From: Propionibacteriaceae bacterium
GTDB lineage: Bacteria > Actinomycetota > Actinomycetes > Propionibacteriales > Propionibacteriaceae
Length of the DNA: 64,000 bases
Direction: 5' to 3'
Assembly: GCA_030537675.1 (NCBI GenBank)
Contig: JAUNVL010000001.1
Span: 7,656 to 71,655, forward strand
Part shown: positions 36,151 to 45,377 of the stretch, piece by piece
Position numbering within the stretch: the stretch's first letter is position 1
Layout of the letters: the number at the start of each line of letters is the position of its first letter
Notes under the pieces: model-generated
What the model saw: the letters and a program-made list of their open reading frames with translations, nothing else
Database searches by the model: none
Told to the model about the DNA's origin: nothing
Made by a program: the position numbers and the translations under genes

Positions 36151-37512
36151 TCAGAAGGGCGGGTTGGTGAAGCGGCTGTAGTGGCCCTGGAAGAGGGCGT
36201 CAATCTTGCCGGTCTCGCCGTTGCGGTGCTTGGCGATGTGGAAGGCGGCCTGGCCACGTTCCTCGTCGGTGGGGCTCTGTGTGTACATCTCGGGGCGGTG
36301 GATCATCAGGACGATGTCGGCATCCTGTTCCAGCGAACCGGATTCTCGCAGGTCGGAAAGCTGCGGGATGCCGTCCTTGCGCTGCTCCGTGTTGCGGCTG
36401 AGCTGGCTGAGCGCGATCACGGGGATCTCGAGTTCCTTGGCCAACAGCTTGATCTGACGGGAGAATTCGGAGACCTCGAGCTGGCGGGACTCCACCTTCT
36501 TGCCGGAGCTCATCAGCTGGATGTAGTCGATGGCGATGACCTGCAGGTCATGGCGCTGCTTCAGGCGGCGCGCCTTGGCCCGGATCTCCATCATGGTGAG
36601 GTTGGGGGAGTCATCGATGAACAGCGGCTTCTTCTCCATCATCACGGACTTGTCCGTGATGCGCTGCCAGTCGGATTCGTCCATCCTGCCGCCGCGGATC
36701 TTGTTCAGCGGGATGGAGGCCTCAGCGCTCAGAAGTTTCATGACGATCTCCGTACGGCTCATCTCCAGAGAGAAGAAGGCGGCGCACAGGTCGTGCTGGA
36801 GGGCAGCGGAGCGGCAGATGTCGAGCGCAAAGGTGGATTTTCCCACGCCCGGACGGGCGGCGACGATGATCATCTGTCCGGCATGCAGTCCGTTGGTGAT
36901 CCGGTCGAGTTCGGCGAACCCGGTGGGCACTCCTGAGATGGCATCGCCGGAGTTGCTGATGGCCTCCATCTCGTCCCACGTCGGCTGGAGGAGTTCGGCC
37001 AGTGACTTGTAGTCCTCCGAGGATTTGTTCTCCGTGACCTCGTACAGGGTCTGCTGGGCCTCGTCGACGATTTTGTCCACTTCACCCTGGCCCATGTACC
37101 CCAGCTGCGCGATGCGGATGGAGGCATTGACGAGCCGGCGGAGGACCGCCTTCTCCCGCACCAACTCGGCGTAGTAGATGGCGTTGGCAGCGATGGAGAC
37201 GCTGGCGAGCAAATCGTGCAGGTAGACCGGGCCGCCGACCTTGCCCAGTTCTCCCACCTTGCCCAGTTCCCCGGCGACGGTGATGGGGTCCGCGGGCTCA
37301 CCGCGTCCGTAGAGGGTGACGATGGCGTCGTAGATTGTTTCGTGGTTGGGGCGGTAGAAGTCGTGACCGCGCAGCGTCTCGACGACGTCGGAGATGGCGT
37401 CCTTGCTCATCATCATCGCGCCGAGCACGCTCTGTTCGGCTGCAAGGTCCTGTGGGGGAGTGCGATCGAGTTCACTGATGCTCGCCTCGGACAGGTATGC
37501 CTCCGCAGCCAC
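36151..37512 (-). CDS. dnaB: Replicative DNA helicase DnaB (no intein)
   Basis: Motifs PQDLAAEQSVLGAMM, Walker A AARPGVGKST, Walker B IAIDYIQLM and SQLSR. The start is set to GTG 37512, with GAGGGGGA 6 nt upstream. The track ORF extends to 37623. Confidence 0.9.
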   Translation of the reverse strand: MAAEAYLSEASISELDRTPPQDLAAEQSVLGAMMMSKDAISDVVETLRGHDFYRPNHETIYDAIVTLYGRGEPADPITVAGELGKVGELGKVGGPVYLHDLLASVSIAANAIYYAELVREKAVLRRLVNASIRIAQLGYMGQGEVDKIVDEAQQTLYEVTENKSSEDYKSLAELLQPTWDEMEAISNSGDAISGVPTGFAELDRITNGLHAGQMIIVAARPGVGKSTFALDICRSAALQHDLCAAFFSLEMSRTEIVMKLLSAEASIPLNKIRGGRMDESDWQRITDKSVMMEKKPLFIDDSPNLTMMEIRAKARRLKQRHDLQVIAIDYIQLMSSGKKVESRQLEVSEFSRQIKLLAKELEIPVIALSQLSRNTEQRKDGIPQLSDLRESGSLEQDADIVLMIHRPEMYTQSPTDEERGQAAFHIAKHRNGETGKIDALFQGHYSRFTNPPF

Positions 37513-37628
37513 GAGTTCCCCCTCTCGACGACCACCCGTCGGCGTGTGGTCGAGGGCAAGGCTATCCCAGGGGACCCCACATTTTGTCGGCGCGGCAGGG
37601 GCCCCTCCGGTGCTGCTGTGCACAACAT

Positions 37629-38012
37629 TGTGGACGCTCTGTGGAGAGATTCTCCATGCCGCCTCAGAGCCTGTGGAATACCCACTGGGGCACGCTGGAG
37701 GCAGGTGGGAAAAGTCATCAAACTCCCTGAGCGAGGCCTGTGGACGCAGTTGTCAACAGCAGTGCCCGGGCGTGTCAGACCCTGAAAAGTGGGCGATCGC
37801 CACTTGGGTGTGGGCGTGCTGATCTTGCTGCTGCCGCATGGCAAACACGTTTTGACTAGGCGTTATACGTCAATGTTGCGTTCAATTGGTCCCCGAGAAA
37901 GGTTTTCTGCTGCAGGGGTGTAAGGGGGCGTGAGGCGGTCACCGGGCGGCGGTGGTTGCCGGGAAGTCGTCCACTGCTTTGTCCACAGATCAGCCACCAA
38001 ATCTGTGGGTAA
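37629..38012. promoter_or_regulatory. Cluster of DnaA-box-like motifs (TGTGGA/TCCACA core) in the dnaB-csoR intergenic region
   Basis: There is one exact TTGTCCACA at 37979-37987. Six 7-of-9 matches lie at 37629-37637, 37640-37648, 37672-37680, 37739-37747, 37967-37975 and 38004-38012. A relatively AT-rich stretch lies at ~37845-37900. Confidence 0.45.
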
Positions 38013-38036
38013 CTACTGTTGGCGTCTTGGTTTTGC

Positions 38037-38051
38037 TACCCCCAGGGGGTA
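38037..38051. promoter_or_regulatory. CsoR-type operator, perfect palindrome TACCCCCAGGGGGTA
   Basis: It lies 28 nt upstream of the csoR ATG. It is the same style of GC-tract pseudo-palindrome (TACCC...GGGTA) reported for CsoR operators. Confidence 0.7.
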
Positions 38052-38078
38052 TGGTGGAGTGAACGGGAGGGAGACGTC

Positions 38079-38405
38079 ATGAGCGAGATTCTTGTGACTG
38101 ATGGGGCTGCATCATCCACCGCGGCCCATCACGGGTACACGCCCGAGAAACAGGCGTACCTGCGGCGTCTTCGGCTGATCGAGGGCCAGGCCCGTGGGGT
38201 GGCCCGCATGGTGGAGAACGACGAGTACTGCATCGACGTCCTCACCCAGATCTCCGCTGTCACCAGTGCGCTGAAGGCAGTGTCCATGGGGCTCCTCGAA
38301 GACCATCTCGAGCACTGCGTCGTCAACGCGGCGCGCGAGGGCGGCCAGGTGGCGGAGGAGAAGATGCACGAAGCCATGCAGGCCATCAGGCGGCTTGCCA
38401 AATGA
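38079..38405 (+). CDS. csoR: Copper-sensing transcriptional repressor CsoR (DUF156 family)
   Basis: Motifs RLRLIEGQARGVARMVENDEYCIDVLTQISAV and HLEHCV supply the Cys-His-Cys Cu(I) ligands. ATG 38079 is preceded by GGGAGGGAG. Confidence 0.9.
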   Translation: MSEILVTDGAASSTAAHHGYTPEKQAYLRRLRLIEGQARGVARMVENDEYCIDVLTQISAVTSALKAVSMGLLEDHLEHCVVNAAREGGQVAEEKMHEAMQAIRRLAK

Positions 38406-38439
38406 CATCCATCAACACATCAATGAAAGAGGAAGAACA

Positions 38440-38649
38440 ATGATCTCGAATTACACCGTGACCGGTATGACCTGCGGCCGCTGCTCCGCCCACGTCACAG
38501 AGGAAGTCTCCGAATTGGACGGCGTGACCGGCGTCAACGTCAACCACGAGACCGGCGCCATGGTGGTGGAGTCCGAGGACCGGCTCCCCTTCGACGCCAT
38601 CATCGAAGCTGTCTCCGAAGCCGGCGACTACACCGTCGTCGAAGTCTGA
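38440..38649 (+). CDS. copZ: Heavy-metal-associated (HMA) copper chaperone CopZ
   Basis: MTCGRCS (MxCxxC) motif in 69 aa. ATG 38440 is preceded by AAAGAGGAAG. Confidence 0.85.
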   Translation: MISNYTVTGMTCGRCSAHVTEEVSELDGVTGVNVNHETGAMVVESEDRLPFDAIIEAVSEAGDYTVVEV

Positions 38650-38672
38650 GTCCTCGACCCAGTCATTGACAC

Positions 38673-40976
38673 ATGGCCGTGTCCACACACGGCAAGCACT
38701 TCAGCGAAATCAGGGACATTGCCATGACCACCACGAAACCCGACACCCACAAGACCCTCGACTCGGGCATCTCGCTCGACATCGACGGCATGACCTGCGC
38801 ATCCTGCGCCAACAGGATCCAGAAGAAGCTGAACAAGGTGGAGGGCGTCGTCGCGGAAGTGAACTACGCCACGGAGAAGGCGACGGTGCAGGCGCCACGC
38901 GGGATGAGCGCCGATGACCTGATCGCCGTGGTGCAGAAGGCTGGCTACGGGGCACGACGCACCGCACCCGAGACGCCCAGGGTCGACCGGGCCGACGTCA
39001 TCAAGCCGCGGATGCTGCTCGCGTTTGCACTCGCCACCCCCGTGGTGGCGGTGTCCATGGTCCCTGCCTGGCAGTTCGCCGGATGGCAGTGGGCCGCGCT
39101 CGTCCTGACCGCCGTCATTGTCTTCTGGTGTGGTCGTTCGTTCCACGCAGCCACGTGGGCCAACCTGCGCCACGGCACCACCACCATGGACACGCTCGTG
39201 ACCATGGGCACGTTCGCTGCCTTCGGCTGGTCCGTGGTGGCGATGGTCTTCGGCCACGCCGGGCAGATCGGCATGACCCACGAGTTCAGCTTCGCCCTCG
39301 GACGCTCGGACCCCATGGGGAACGTGTACTTCGAGGCTGCCGCTGCCATCATCGCCTTCCTGCTGCTGGGCCGCTGGATCGAGGCCCGCTCCAAGAAGGA
39401 GGCAGGCGCCGCCGTCCGTGCGCTCATGGAAGTGGGCGCCAAGGAGGCCGTGGTGCTTCGCGACGGGGTGGAGGAGCGGATCCCCGCCGGGGAACTGTCC
39501 CTGAACGACCTCATCGTCGTGCGTCCGGGTGAGAAGGTGGCAGCCGACGGTGAAGTCGTCGAGGGGCACTCCGCCGTCGATGCGTCCGTCATCACGGGCG
39601 AGTCGCTCCCGGTCGAGGTGTCACCCGGCAGCGCCCTGGTGGGTGGCTCCGTGAACACGACGGGGCGTCTCGTGGTGCGCGCCACTGCCGTCGGGTCCGC
39701 CACCCAAGTGGCCCAGATTGCGCGACTCGTGGAGGAGGCGCAGACCGGCAAAGCCAATGCCCAGCGCATCGCAGACCGCGTCACCACGTTCTTCGTGCCC
39801 GCCGTCATCGGGATCGCCATCCTCACGTTCCTGCTGCACTGGGGTTTCGGCTCCGGCATCACGTTCGCGCTCACCGCAGGCATCGCCGTGCTGATCATCG
39901 CCTGCCCCTGCGCGCTCGGCCTCGCGACGCCCTCGGCGTTGCTGGTGGGCACCGGGCGCGGCGCACAGATGGGCACCATCATCCGTGGTCCCCAGTCGCT
40001 GGAGAAGGCACGTGGGATCACCACCATCGTCCTGGACAAGACAGGCACCCTGACCACGGGCAACATGTCCGTCCTGAGCGTCGAGCCCGCCGACGGGTTC
40101 GATGAGCGGGAGTTGCTGGCGGTGGCCGCGGCTGTCGAGTCCGGGTCCGAGCACCCCATCGCGCACGCCGTCGTCACGCATGCCGTTGAAAAGGGGCACA
40201 GGTCCGCCGCCAGTGCGTCGGGTTTCACCGGTGTCCCCGGCAAGGGCGTGACCGCACAGGTGGTTCTCGACGGCGGCGAACCGCATGAGGTGGGCGTGGG
40301 GTCGCGCGTGCTGATGGACGACATGGGTGTTGGCGTCGAATCCACTGCTGGTGTGGCCTCCGACGTGATCGGCAGCGAGGTCTTCGTGGCACGCGATGGC
40401 CGGTTCCTCGGCCGTGTGGTGGTGGGGGACCAACTGAAGCCGACGGCGAAGCGCGCCATCGCGCGGTTGAAGGAACTGGGCCTCAAGCCCGTTCTCCTGA
40501 CTGGCGACAACCTGGCTGCTGCCAAGAGGGTGGCTGCCGAGGTGGGAATCTCCGAGGTCCGTGCAGGCGTGCTGCCCCAGGGCAAGGCTGAGGCCATCGA
40601 GGAACTCCGAGCCGGAAACCACAGCGTCGCCATGGTTGGCGACGGTGTCAACGACGCCGCGGCGCTCGCCACGGCGGACCTGGGCATCGCGATGGGCGCC
40701 GGTACGGACGCGGCCATCGCCGCCAGCGACATCACGCTGATGCGGGATGACCTGTTGTCCGTCGTCGACGCTGTCCGCCTGTCCCGGGCCACCGACAGCA
40801 CCATCAAGTCCAACCTGGTGTGGGCCTTTGGGTACAACGTGCTCGCCATCCCGATTGCTGCGCTGGGCATGCTGACGCCGATGATCGCCGGCGCGGCGAT
40901 GGCGTTCTCCAGCGTCTTCGTGATGCTCAACAGCCTTCGGTTGAAGGGGTTCCGCGAAGAGAAGCGCGACGTCTGA
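38673..40976 (+). CDS. copA: Copper-translocating P1B-type ATPase
   Basis: N-terminal HMA motif GMTCASCA, the CPC membrane motif (IACPCALGLATP), the DKTGTLT phosphorylation site and GDGVNDAAAL. An alternative start is ATG 38724. Confidence 0.9.
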   Translation: MAVSTHGKHFSEIRDIAMTTTKPDTHKTLDSGISLDIDGMTCASCANRIQKKLNKVEGVVAEVNYATEKATVQAPRGMSADDLIAVVQKAGYGARRTAPETPRVDRADVIKPRMLLAFALATPVVAVSMVPAWQFAGWQWAALVLTAVIVFWCGRSFHAATWANLRHGTTTMDTLVTMGTFAAFGWSVVAMVFGHAGQIGMTHEFSFALGRSDPMGNVYFEAAAAIIAFLLLGRWIEARSKKEAGAAVRALMEVGAKEAVVLRDGVEERIPAGELSLNDLIVVRPGEKVAADGEVVEGHSAVDASVITGESLPVEVSPGSALVGGSVNTTGRLVVRATAVGSATQVAQIARLVEEAQTGKANAQRIADRVTTFFVPAVIGIAILTFLLHWGFGSGITFALTAGIAVLIIACPCALGLATPSALLVGTGRGAQMGTIIRGPQSLEKARGITTIVLDKTGTLTTGNMSVLSVEPADGFDERELLAVAAAVESGSEHPIAHAVVTHAVEKGHRSAASASGFTGVPGKGVTAQVVLDGGEPHEVGVGSRVLMDDMGVGVESTAGVASDVIGSEVFVARDGRFLGRVVVGDQLKPTAKRAIARLKELGLKPVLLTGDNLAAAKRVAAEVGISEVRAGVLPQGKAEAIEELRAGNHSVAMVGDGVNDAAALATADLGIAMGAGTDAAIAASDITLMRDDLLSVVDAVRLSRATDSTIKSNLVWAFGYNVLAIPIAALGMLTPMIAGAAMAFSSVFVMLNSLRLKGFREEKRDV

Positions 40977-41024
40977 GAGAATCTCAGGAAAAATTGGGGA
41001 TTTCCTCAGAAAAGAGTTAATGTG

Positions 41025-41054
41025 GAGGCTCCGGCGGTTCTTTCCCGGAGCCTC
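41025..41054 (+). terminator. Hairpin after copA, upstream of rpfB
   Basis: GAGGCTCCGG (41025-41034) pairs perfectly with CCGGAGCCTC (41045-41054) across a 10-nt loop. Confidence 0.45.
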
Positions 41055-41078
41055 TACTCTCTTGGAGATCTCATCCCA

Positions 41079-42287
41079 ATGCGCAAGAACCTCTGGATTC
41101 CCGCAACAGCCGGAGGCGTCGCTCTTGCGCTCGTCTCCACCGTGGGCATTGCCTCGGCGCTGCACAAGAACGACATCGAACTCGTCGTCGACGGCGCAGC
41201 GTCCTCCATTGCTGTGCGGGAGAACACCGTCAGCGAGGTGCTCGAACTCGAGGGCATCACCGTCGGCGAACACGATGTTGTCCTCCCCGAGGCCGACACG
41301 CGCATCACGCAGGACATGGAGATCACCGTCGCGTACGGTCGGCCGCTGACGGTCACCGTGGACGGGAAGCAGCGACAGGTCTGGACCACCGCAACCAGCG
41401 TGGGCGAAGCCCTGGGGTTCCTGAATCTCGACCAGGCGGATTCCAAGCTCTCGGCGTCCCGCTCCACGTCGATCGGCCGCACCGGGCTGGTCATGGAAGT
41501 GGCCACTGCCAAGGACGTGACGATCACCGTAGCGGGCGCCCCGACACAGCTCACCATCGCCGGGACCGTCTCCGACGCGCTTGCCGAAGCCGGCGTCACA
41601 CCCGACGCGGACGACATCGTCACGCCCGAGCCCGCCACCGTCCTCACCGATGGCCTGCAGGTCACCTTCGTGGACGTGGAGGTGAGCTCGAGCAGCAAGA
41701 GCGTGGCCGTGCCGTTCTCCTCGGCGCAGATCACTTCCGACACGATGGAGAAGGGCACCAAGAAGGTCACCACCAAGGGCGTCCCGGGCGTCAAGAGGGA
41801 GACCTGGACCGACGTCCACCACGATGGGGCCCTCATCAGCTCAACGCTGGCTGAATCCGTGATGTCGAAGCAGCCCGTGCACCAGGTCACCACCGTCGGC
41901 ACGCTGGTCAAGAAGGTGGAGCCAGCACCAGCAGCCCCCAAGGCGAAGGCCTCATCAACACCGTCGAAGTCGGCAGAGCCGAAGTCCTCGAAGTCTGAGG
42001 TCCCCAACGCTGAGGCCCCAAAGTCTGAGTCCTCCTCCGGCAAGGGCATCAACCTGGCCCGGGCTGACATGTGGGACCGTATCGCTCGCTGCGAATCCAC
42101 GAACAACTGGAGCATCAACACCGGCAACGGCTACTACGGTGGTCTGCAGTTCAATCTCCAGACCTGGCGCTCCGTGAACGGGCAGGACTTCGCCGCCTAC
42201 CCCCACCAGGCCAGCCGCGCCGAGCAGATCACCGTCGCCAACCGTCTCTACGCCATCCGCGGCACGCAGCCCTGGAGCTGCGCCTGA
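41079..42287 (+). CDS. rpfB: Resuscitation-promoting factor RpfB-like (signal/TM, DUF348 repeats, G5 domain, Rpf lytic transglycosylase domain)
   Basis: The C-terminal Rpf domain is WDRIARCESTNNWSINTGNGYYGGLQFNLQTW...QPWSCA. G5-like GVPGVKRETW is present, with three DUF348-like repeats upstream. ATG 41079 gives MRKNLWIPATAGGVALALV. Confidence 0.85.
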   Translation: MRKNLWIPATAGGVALALVSTVGIASALHKNDIELVVDGAASSIAVRENTVSEVLELEGITVGEHDVVLPEADTRITQDMEITVAYGRPLTVTVDGKQRQVWTTATSVGEALGFLNLDQADSKLSASRSTSIGRTGLVMEVATAKDVTITVAGAPTQLTIAGTVSDALAEAGVTPDADDIVTPEPATVLTDGLQVTFVDVEVSSSSKSVAVPFSSAQITSDTMEKGTKKVTTKGVPGVKRETWTDVHHDGALISSTLAESVMSKQPVHQVTTVGTLVKKVEPAPAAPKAKASSTPSKSAEPKSSKSEVPNAEAPKSESSSGKGINLARADMWDRIARCESTNNWSINTGNGYYGGLQFNLQTWRSVNGQDFAAYPHQASRAEQITVANRLYAIRGTQPWSCA

Positions 42288-42305
42288 CCGCAGGCCCCCC
42301 ACGAC

Positions 42306-42339
42306 GTCGCCCTCAGCATCCGCCAATGCTGGGGGCGAC
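42306..42339 (+). terminator. Rho-independent-like terminator after rpfB
   Basis: GTCGCCCTCAGCAT (42306-42319) pairs with ATGCTGGGGGCGAC (42326-42339) with one mismatch, followed by CTTGTATTT. Confidence 0.6.
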
Positions 42340-42347
42340 CTTGTATT

Positions 42348-43364
42348 TCAGGGCACCTGGTGCAGTGCGTTCTCCATGGTCTCCACGATGGCGATGGACT
42401 CCTCCAGGGGCAGCAACGGTGATTCGCGCTTCCCGTCGGACACCAGTTGGGCGAAGTGGGCCGACTCGTACGCCAGCGCTTTGTGGCCGAGGATCTCCGG
42501 CTCCGGTGAATGGAGGGGGTGCTCACCGAAGGGAACGAACGTCACCCGCTGGGGAGCGTAGAAGTCGCCGGGGATCTGGATCCGGCCCTTCGAGCCGGAA
42601 ATCGTGGCGGTGGTGGGGGTCTTCGCGGCAAGCGTGGTGTTGAGCACGGCGTGGGCGTTCCCATGCTCGGCGAAGCCATCGAGGATCATGCTCACCTGCC
42701 GGTCCACACCGGTTGCCGCGCGTGTGCCGACGGCGCTCACCCGGCTGGGAGTGCCCAGCACGAACGAGGCGAACGACACCGGGTACACACCGAGGTCGAG
42801 CATGGCCCCACCGGCCAGTTCGGGGTTGAACAGACGGAACTGGGGGTCGGGATCGAAATACTGGCCATGGTCTGCCGTCATGACCTCGATGTCGCCCAGG
42901 GCTCCGTCGGCAAGGAGTCGCCGCACCACGTCGACGTGTGGCAGGAAGCGCGTCCACATGGCCTCCATGCAGGTGACGTTGGCCGCTCTGACCGCCTGCA
43001 CCACCTGGCGCGCCTGGGCAGCCGTCTGCGTGAAGGCCTTCTCGACGAGAACGTGTTTTCCGGCGTTGATGGCCAGCAACGCGTGCTCTGCGTGATGGCT
43101 GTGCGGGGATGCCACGTAGATGGCATCCACAGTCTCATCAGCCACGAGTGACTCGTAGCTGTCGTGACGGCGCTCGATGTCGAACTCGTCCGCGAACGCG
43201 TCGGCACGCATCAGGGAGCGTGAGCCGACGGCCACGATCTGCTGACGGGTGTGCGCGCGGACCGCGCCTGCGAACGTGTGGGCGATCCCGCCCGGAGCGA
43301 GGATCCCCCACCGCAGCGTCGGTGCTTCGTGGGGGTCGGGAATGCGGGAGATCGGCAGACTCAT
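42348..43364 (-). CDS. Gfo/Idh/MocA-family oxidoreductase
   Basis: Rossmann N-terminus LRWGILAPGGIAHTF and EKAF motif, in 338 aa. Confidence 0.85.
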   Translation of the reverse strand: MSLPISRIPDPHEAPTLRWGILAPGGIAHTFAGAVRAHTRQQIVAVGSRSLMRADAFADEFDIERRHDSYESLVADETVDAIYVASPHSHHAEHALLAINAGKHVLVEKAFTQTAAQARQVVQAVRAANVTCMEAMWTRFLPHVDVVRRLLADGALGDIEVMTADHGQYFDPDPQFRLFNPELAGGAMLDLGVYPVSFASFVLGTPSRVSAVGTRAATGVDRQVSMILDGFAEHGNAHAVLNTTLAAKTPTTATISGSKGRIQIPGDFYAPQRVTFVPFGEHPLHSPEPEILGHKALAYESAHFAQLVSDGKRESPLLPLEESIAIVETMENALHQVP

Positions 43365-43404
43365 GCCGCAACCCTAGTGCCGCGCTCGCCCGCTGCGGTG
43401 GTGA

Positions 43405-44715
43405 TCAGGGCTTGAGGCGCGCCTCGCTCGCCACCTTCTCGTACAGGCCGAGCATCTCGACGGCCTGTGACTCGATGGTCCACTGTCCCGCAAGCCGTTT
43501 GGACGTCTCCGCAGCATGGGCCCGCCACACCGGATCGTCCAGCTTGTTGATGATCCGCATCAGCCCTGCGGCCAGTGACGCGGCAGTTGGGCGTGCCAGT
43601 TCGGCGTTCACCCCCGGCTCCAGTACGAGTTGTAGCCCCGGATCAACGGACACGATCGGGAGTCCAGCCAGTGCGGCCTCGTGCAGCACCAGCGCCTGCG
43701 TGTCGGTCTGGCTGGGGAAGGCGAAGACGTCTGCCATGCCGTAGAAGGCCCCCAGTGCCTCGCGCTTCTGCTCGCCGGGCAGGATGATGTTGCCTCGCGC
43801 GGCTCCGTGGGCGAGCACCCTCTTGATGCGCGGGTAGCGCTGCCAGTCGCCCACCACCATGAGTCTGGCATCGGGGCGCTGGGCGGCCACGAGGGCGAAG
43901 GCGTCGACGAGCAGGGGAATGCCCTTTTCCGGTGCGATGCGGCCGGCGTACAGGATGAGCGGACCCGGTTCCCGCGGCACAGGTGGCGGTCCGGGAGGCA
44001 GCGGGTCGACGCCGTTGGGCACAACGACGACGTTGGCGGTGGGTGCGATTTCACGGCAGCGTACGGCGGTCTTGGGGGACGGGGTGGTCACCAGCTGCGC
44101 TGTTTCCAGCATCTTCTGGCACACCCCGAGAAGGGACGCCGTGGAACGGCCGCGGTCCTCGTAACGGATGACCGCTTCCTTGAGGTCGTGGCTGTCCACC
44201 AGTTCGCCCTTGGTGATGCGCGCGAACGCGTGCAACACCCCGGTGAGCAGTGGGAGCACGGCTGAGTAGTGGTCTGCATACGCGTCGAAATCGGTGTGCC
44301 AGGTGAGCATCAGCGGGATCTTCAGCCGCCTCGCCGCCCATACTCCGAGGGCGCCGACGGTCCCGAAGCCGTGGACGTGGATGACGTCGGGCCGGATGTC
44401 GGCGATCCTGTCGATGGTCCTGTCGAAATGACGTCCGTTGGCCACCCGGGTGGGCATGTTGGGCACCTTGACTGAGGGCAGGCGGATCTCACGGCGACCC
44501 TCTCGGCCCAGCTGGGGATTGGGGCCTTTCGCCTTCGGGGCCACCACCACCACGTTGTGCCCGGCGTCCAACAGATTGCCCTCGAGTTGCTGCACTGCGA
44601 ACATCAGCCCGTTGCTGCCGGGGCCGTAGTTGTCCGTGAACTGCGCAACCGTCAATGGCCGCGTGGCGGCGCTCAGGTGTGGTTGCTCTGTCACGGTGGC
44701 CACTCTATCGGCCAC
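43405..44715 (-). CDS. Glycosyltransferase family 4 (GT-B fold)
   Basis: Motifs GPGSNG and FPSQTDTQALVLHEAALAGLPIV (an EX7E-type motif). The start is uncertain: GTG 44715, 44721 or 44703 are candidates. The track ORF start at 44778 would overlap the upstream lipoprotein gene. Confidence 0.8.
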   Translation of the reverse strand: MADRVATVTEQPHLSAATRPLTVAQFTDNYGPGSNGLMFAVQQLEGNLLDAGHNVVVVAPKAKGPNPQLGREGRREIRLPSVKVPNMPTRVANGRHFDRTIDRIADIRPDVIHVHGFGTVGALGVWAARRLKIPLMLTWHTDFDAYADHYSAVLPLLTGVLHAFARITKGELVDSHDLKEAVIRYEDRGRSTASLLGVCQKMLETAQLVTTPSPKTAVRCREIAPTANVVVVPNGVDPLPPGPPPVPREPGPLILYAGRIAPEKGIPLLVDAFALVAAQRPDARLMVVGDWQRYPRIKRVLAHGAARGNIILPGEQKREALGAFYGMADVFAFPSQTDTQALVLHEAALAGLPIVSVDPGLQLVLEPGVNAELARPTAASLAAGLMRIINKLDDPVWRAHAAETSKRLAGQWTIESQAVEMLGLYEKVASEARLKP

Positions 44716-44738
44716 TTTCACCCCTTTGGCTGAACCCC

Positions 44739-45377
44739 CTAGGGTGCCGGCTGCAGTGAGCCCGGAGTGAGCGTGCACTGCGAGGGTGCGGCTGGGATGC
44801 GGAGTTCGAGATCCATCAGCCAGCCCTTGGCAGCAGTGAACCGGGGACCGCCTCCCGGCATGTCGGAGACCACCACTGGCTCGCCCCCCGGGTTGGTCAC
44901 CAGTTCGGACGCGGCGGGGAAGCCATGACGCGCCAGAGCAACGTTGAAGACAGACAGGAAAAGGTCCATGTCCACCGCGGCCACGTCGAGGCCCTCCTTG
45001 CTGCTGTCGCGCAGTGCGACGATGCAGATTCCGTCGCCATCATGGTCCACAAAAGTTCTCTCGACGTAGACGACGCTCTCCAACCCCCACCACTGCGTCG
45101 GGCTCCCCAACGCCTCTTCGGCGGCGATTCGTGCGTCGGCAAACAGATCGGCGTACTGCTGAGCCATCTGTTCGGGGTCCCGAGAGACCGTGGCCGGCGA
45201 TGGCGACCACGTGGGAAAGTTGCCGGAGATGGTGGGTGTACCGGAGGCGGTCGGAACAGAAGGGGTGGTGTCCTGCGACTCGATGGTTGTCGCCGGGCCC
45301 TCGGCGGGGCCACCTGGGGAGCAGCCCACGAGCAGCAGGAGCGCCAGGGCGCCGACCGCCGCCAGTCGGTGCGTCAC
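44739..45377 (-). CDS. Lipoprotein, hypothetical; its C-terminal domain is paralogous to the upstream 125-aa protein
   Basis: Lipobox LLLLVGC-S. The GTG start at 45377 overlaps the upstream stop (GTGA at 45374-45377). It shares the motif block S-x-x-N-x-x-L-x-x-HGF-(x)-P...GE..V.V.D with ORF 45374..45751. Confidence 0.7.
   Translation of the reverse strand: MTHRLAAVGALALLLLVGCSPGGPAEGPATTIESQDTTPSVPTASGTPTISGNFPTWSPSPATVSRDPEQMAQQYADLFADARIAAEEALGSPTQWWGLESVVYVERTFVDHDGDGICIVALRDSSKEGLDVAAVDMDLFLSVFNVALARHGFPAASELVTNPGGEPVVVSDMPGGGPRFTAAKGWLMDLELRIPAAPSQCTLTPGSLQPAP

Noticed and set aside
38945-40930. 661-aa ORF antisense to copA. Similar long antisense or out-of-frame ORFs include 52515..55346, 39621..41822, 16106..17560, 663..1745, 47923..49314 and 2080..3135.
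   Set aside because: These are high-G+C antisense frames with Arg/Gly/Pro/Ala-biased low-complexity translations. None has a recognisable motif, and each fully overlaps a gene with clear family signatures.
40977-41078. Possible c-di-AMP (ydaO-type) riboswitch upstream of the rpf gene, as known for some actinobacterial rpf genes.
   Set aside because: Only ~100 nt of spacer is available, and it is dominated by one simple hairpin (41025-41054). That is too short for a ydaO element and lacks its pseudo-symmetric architecture.
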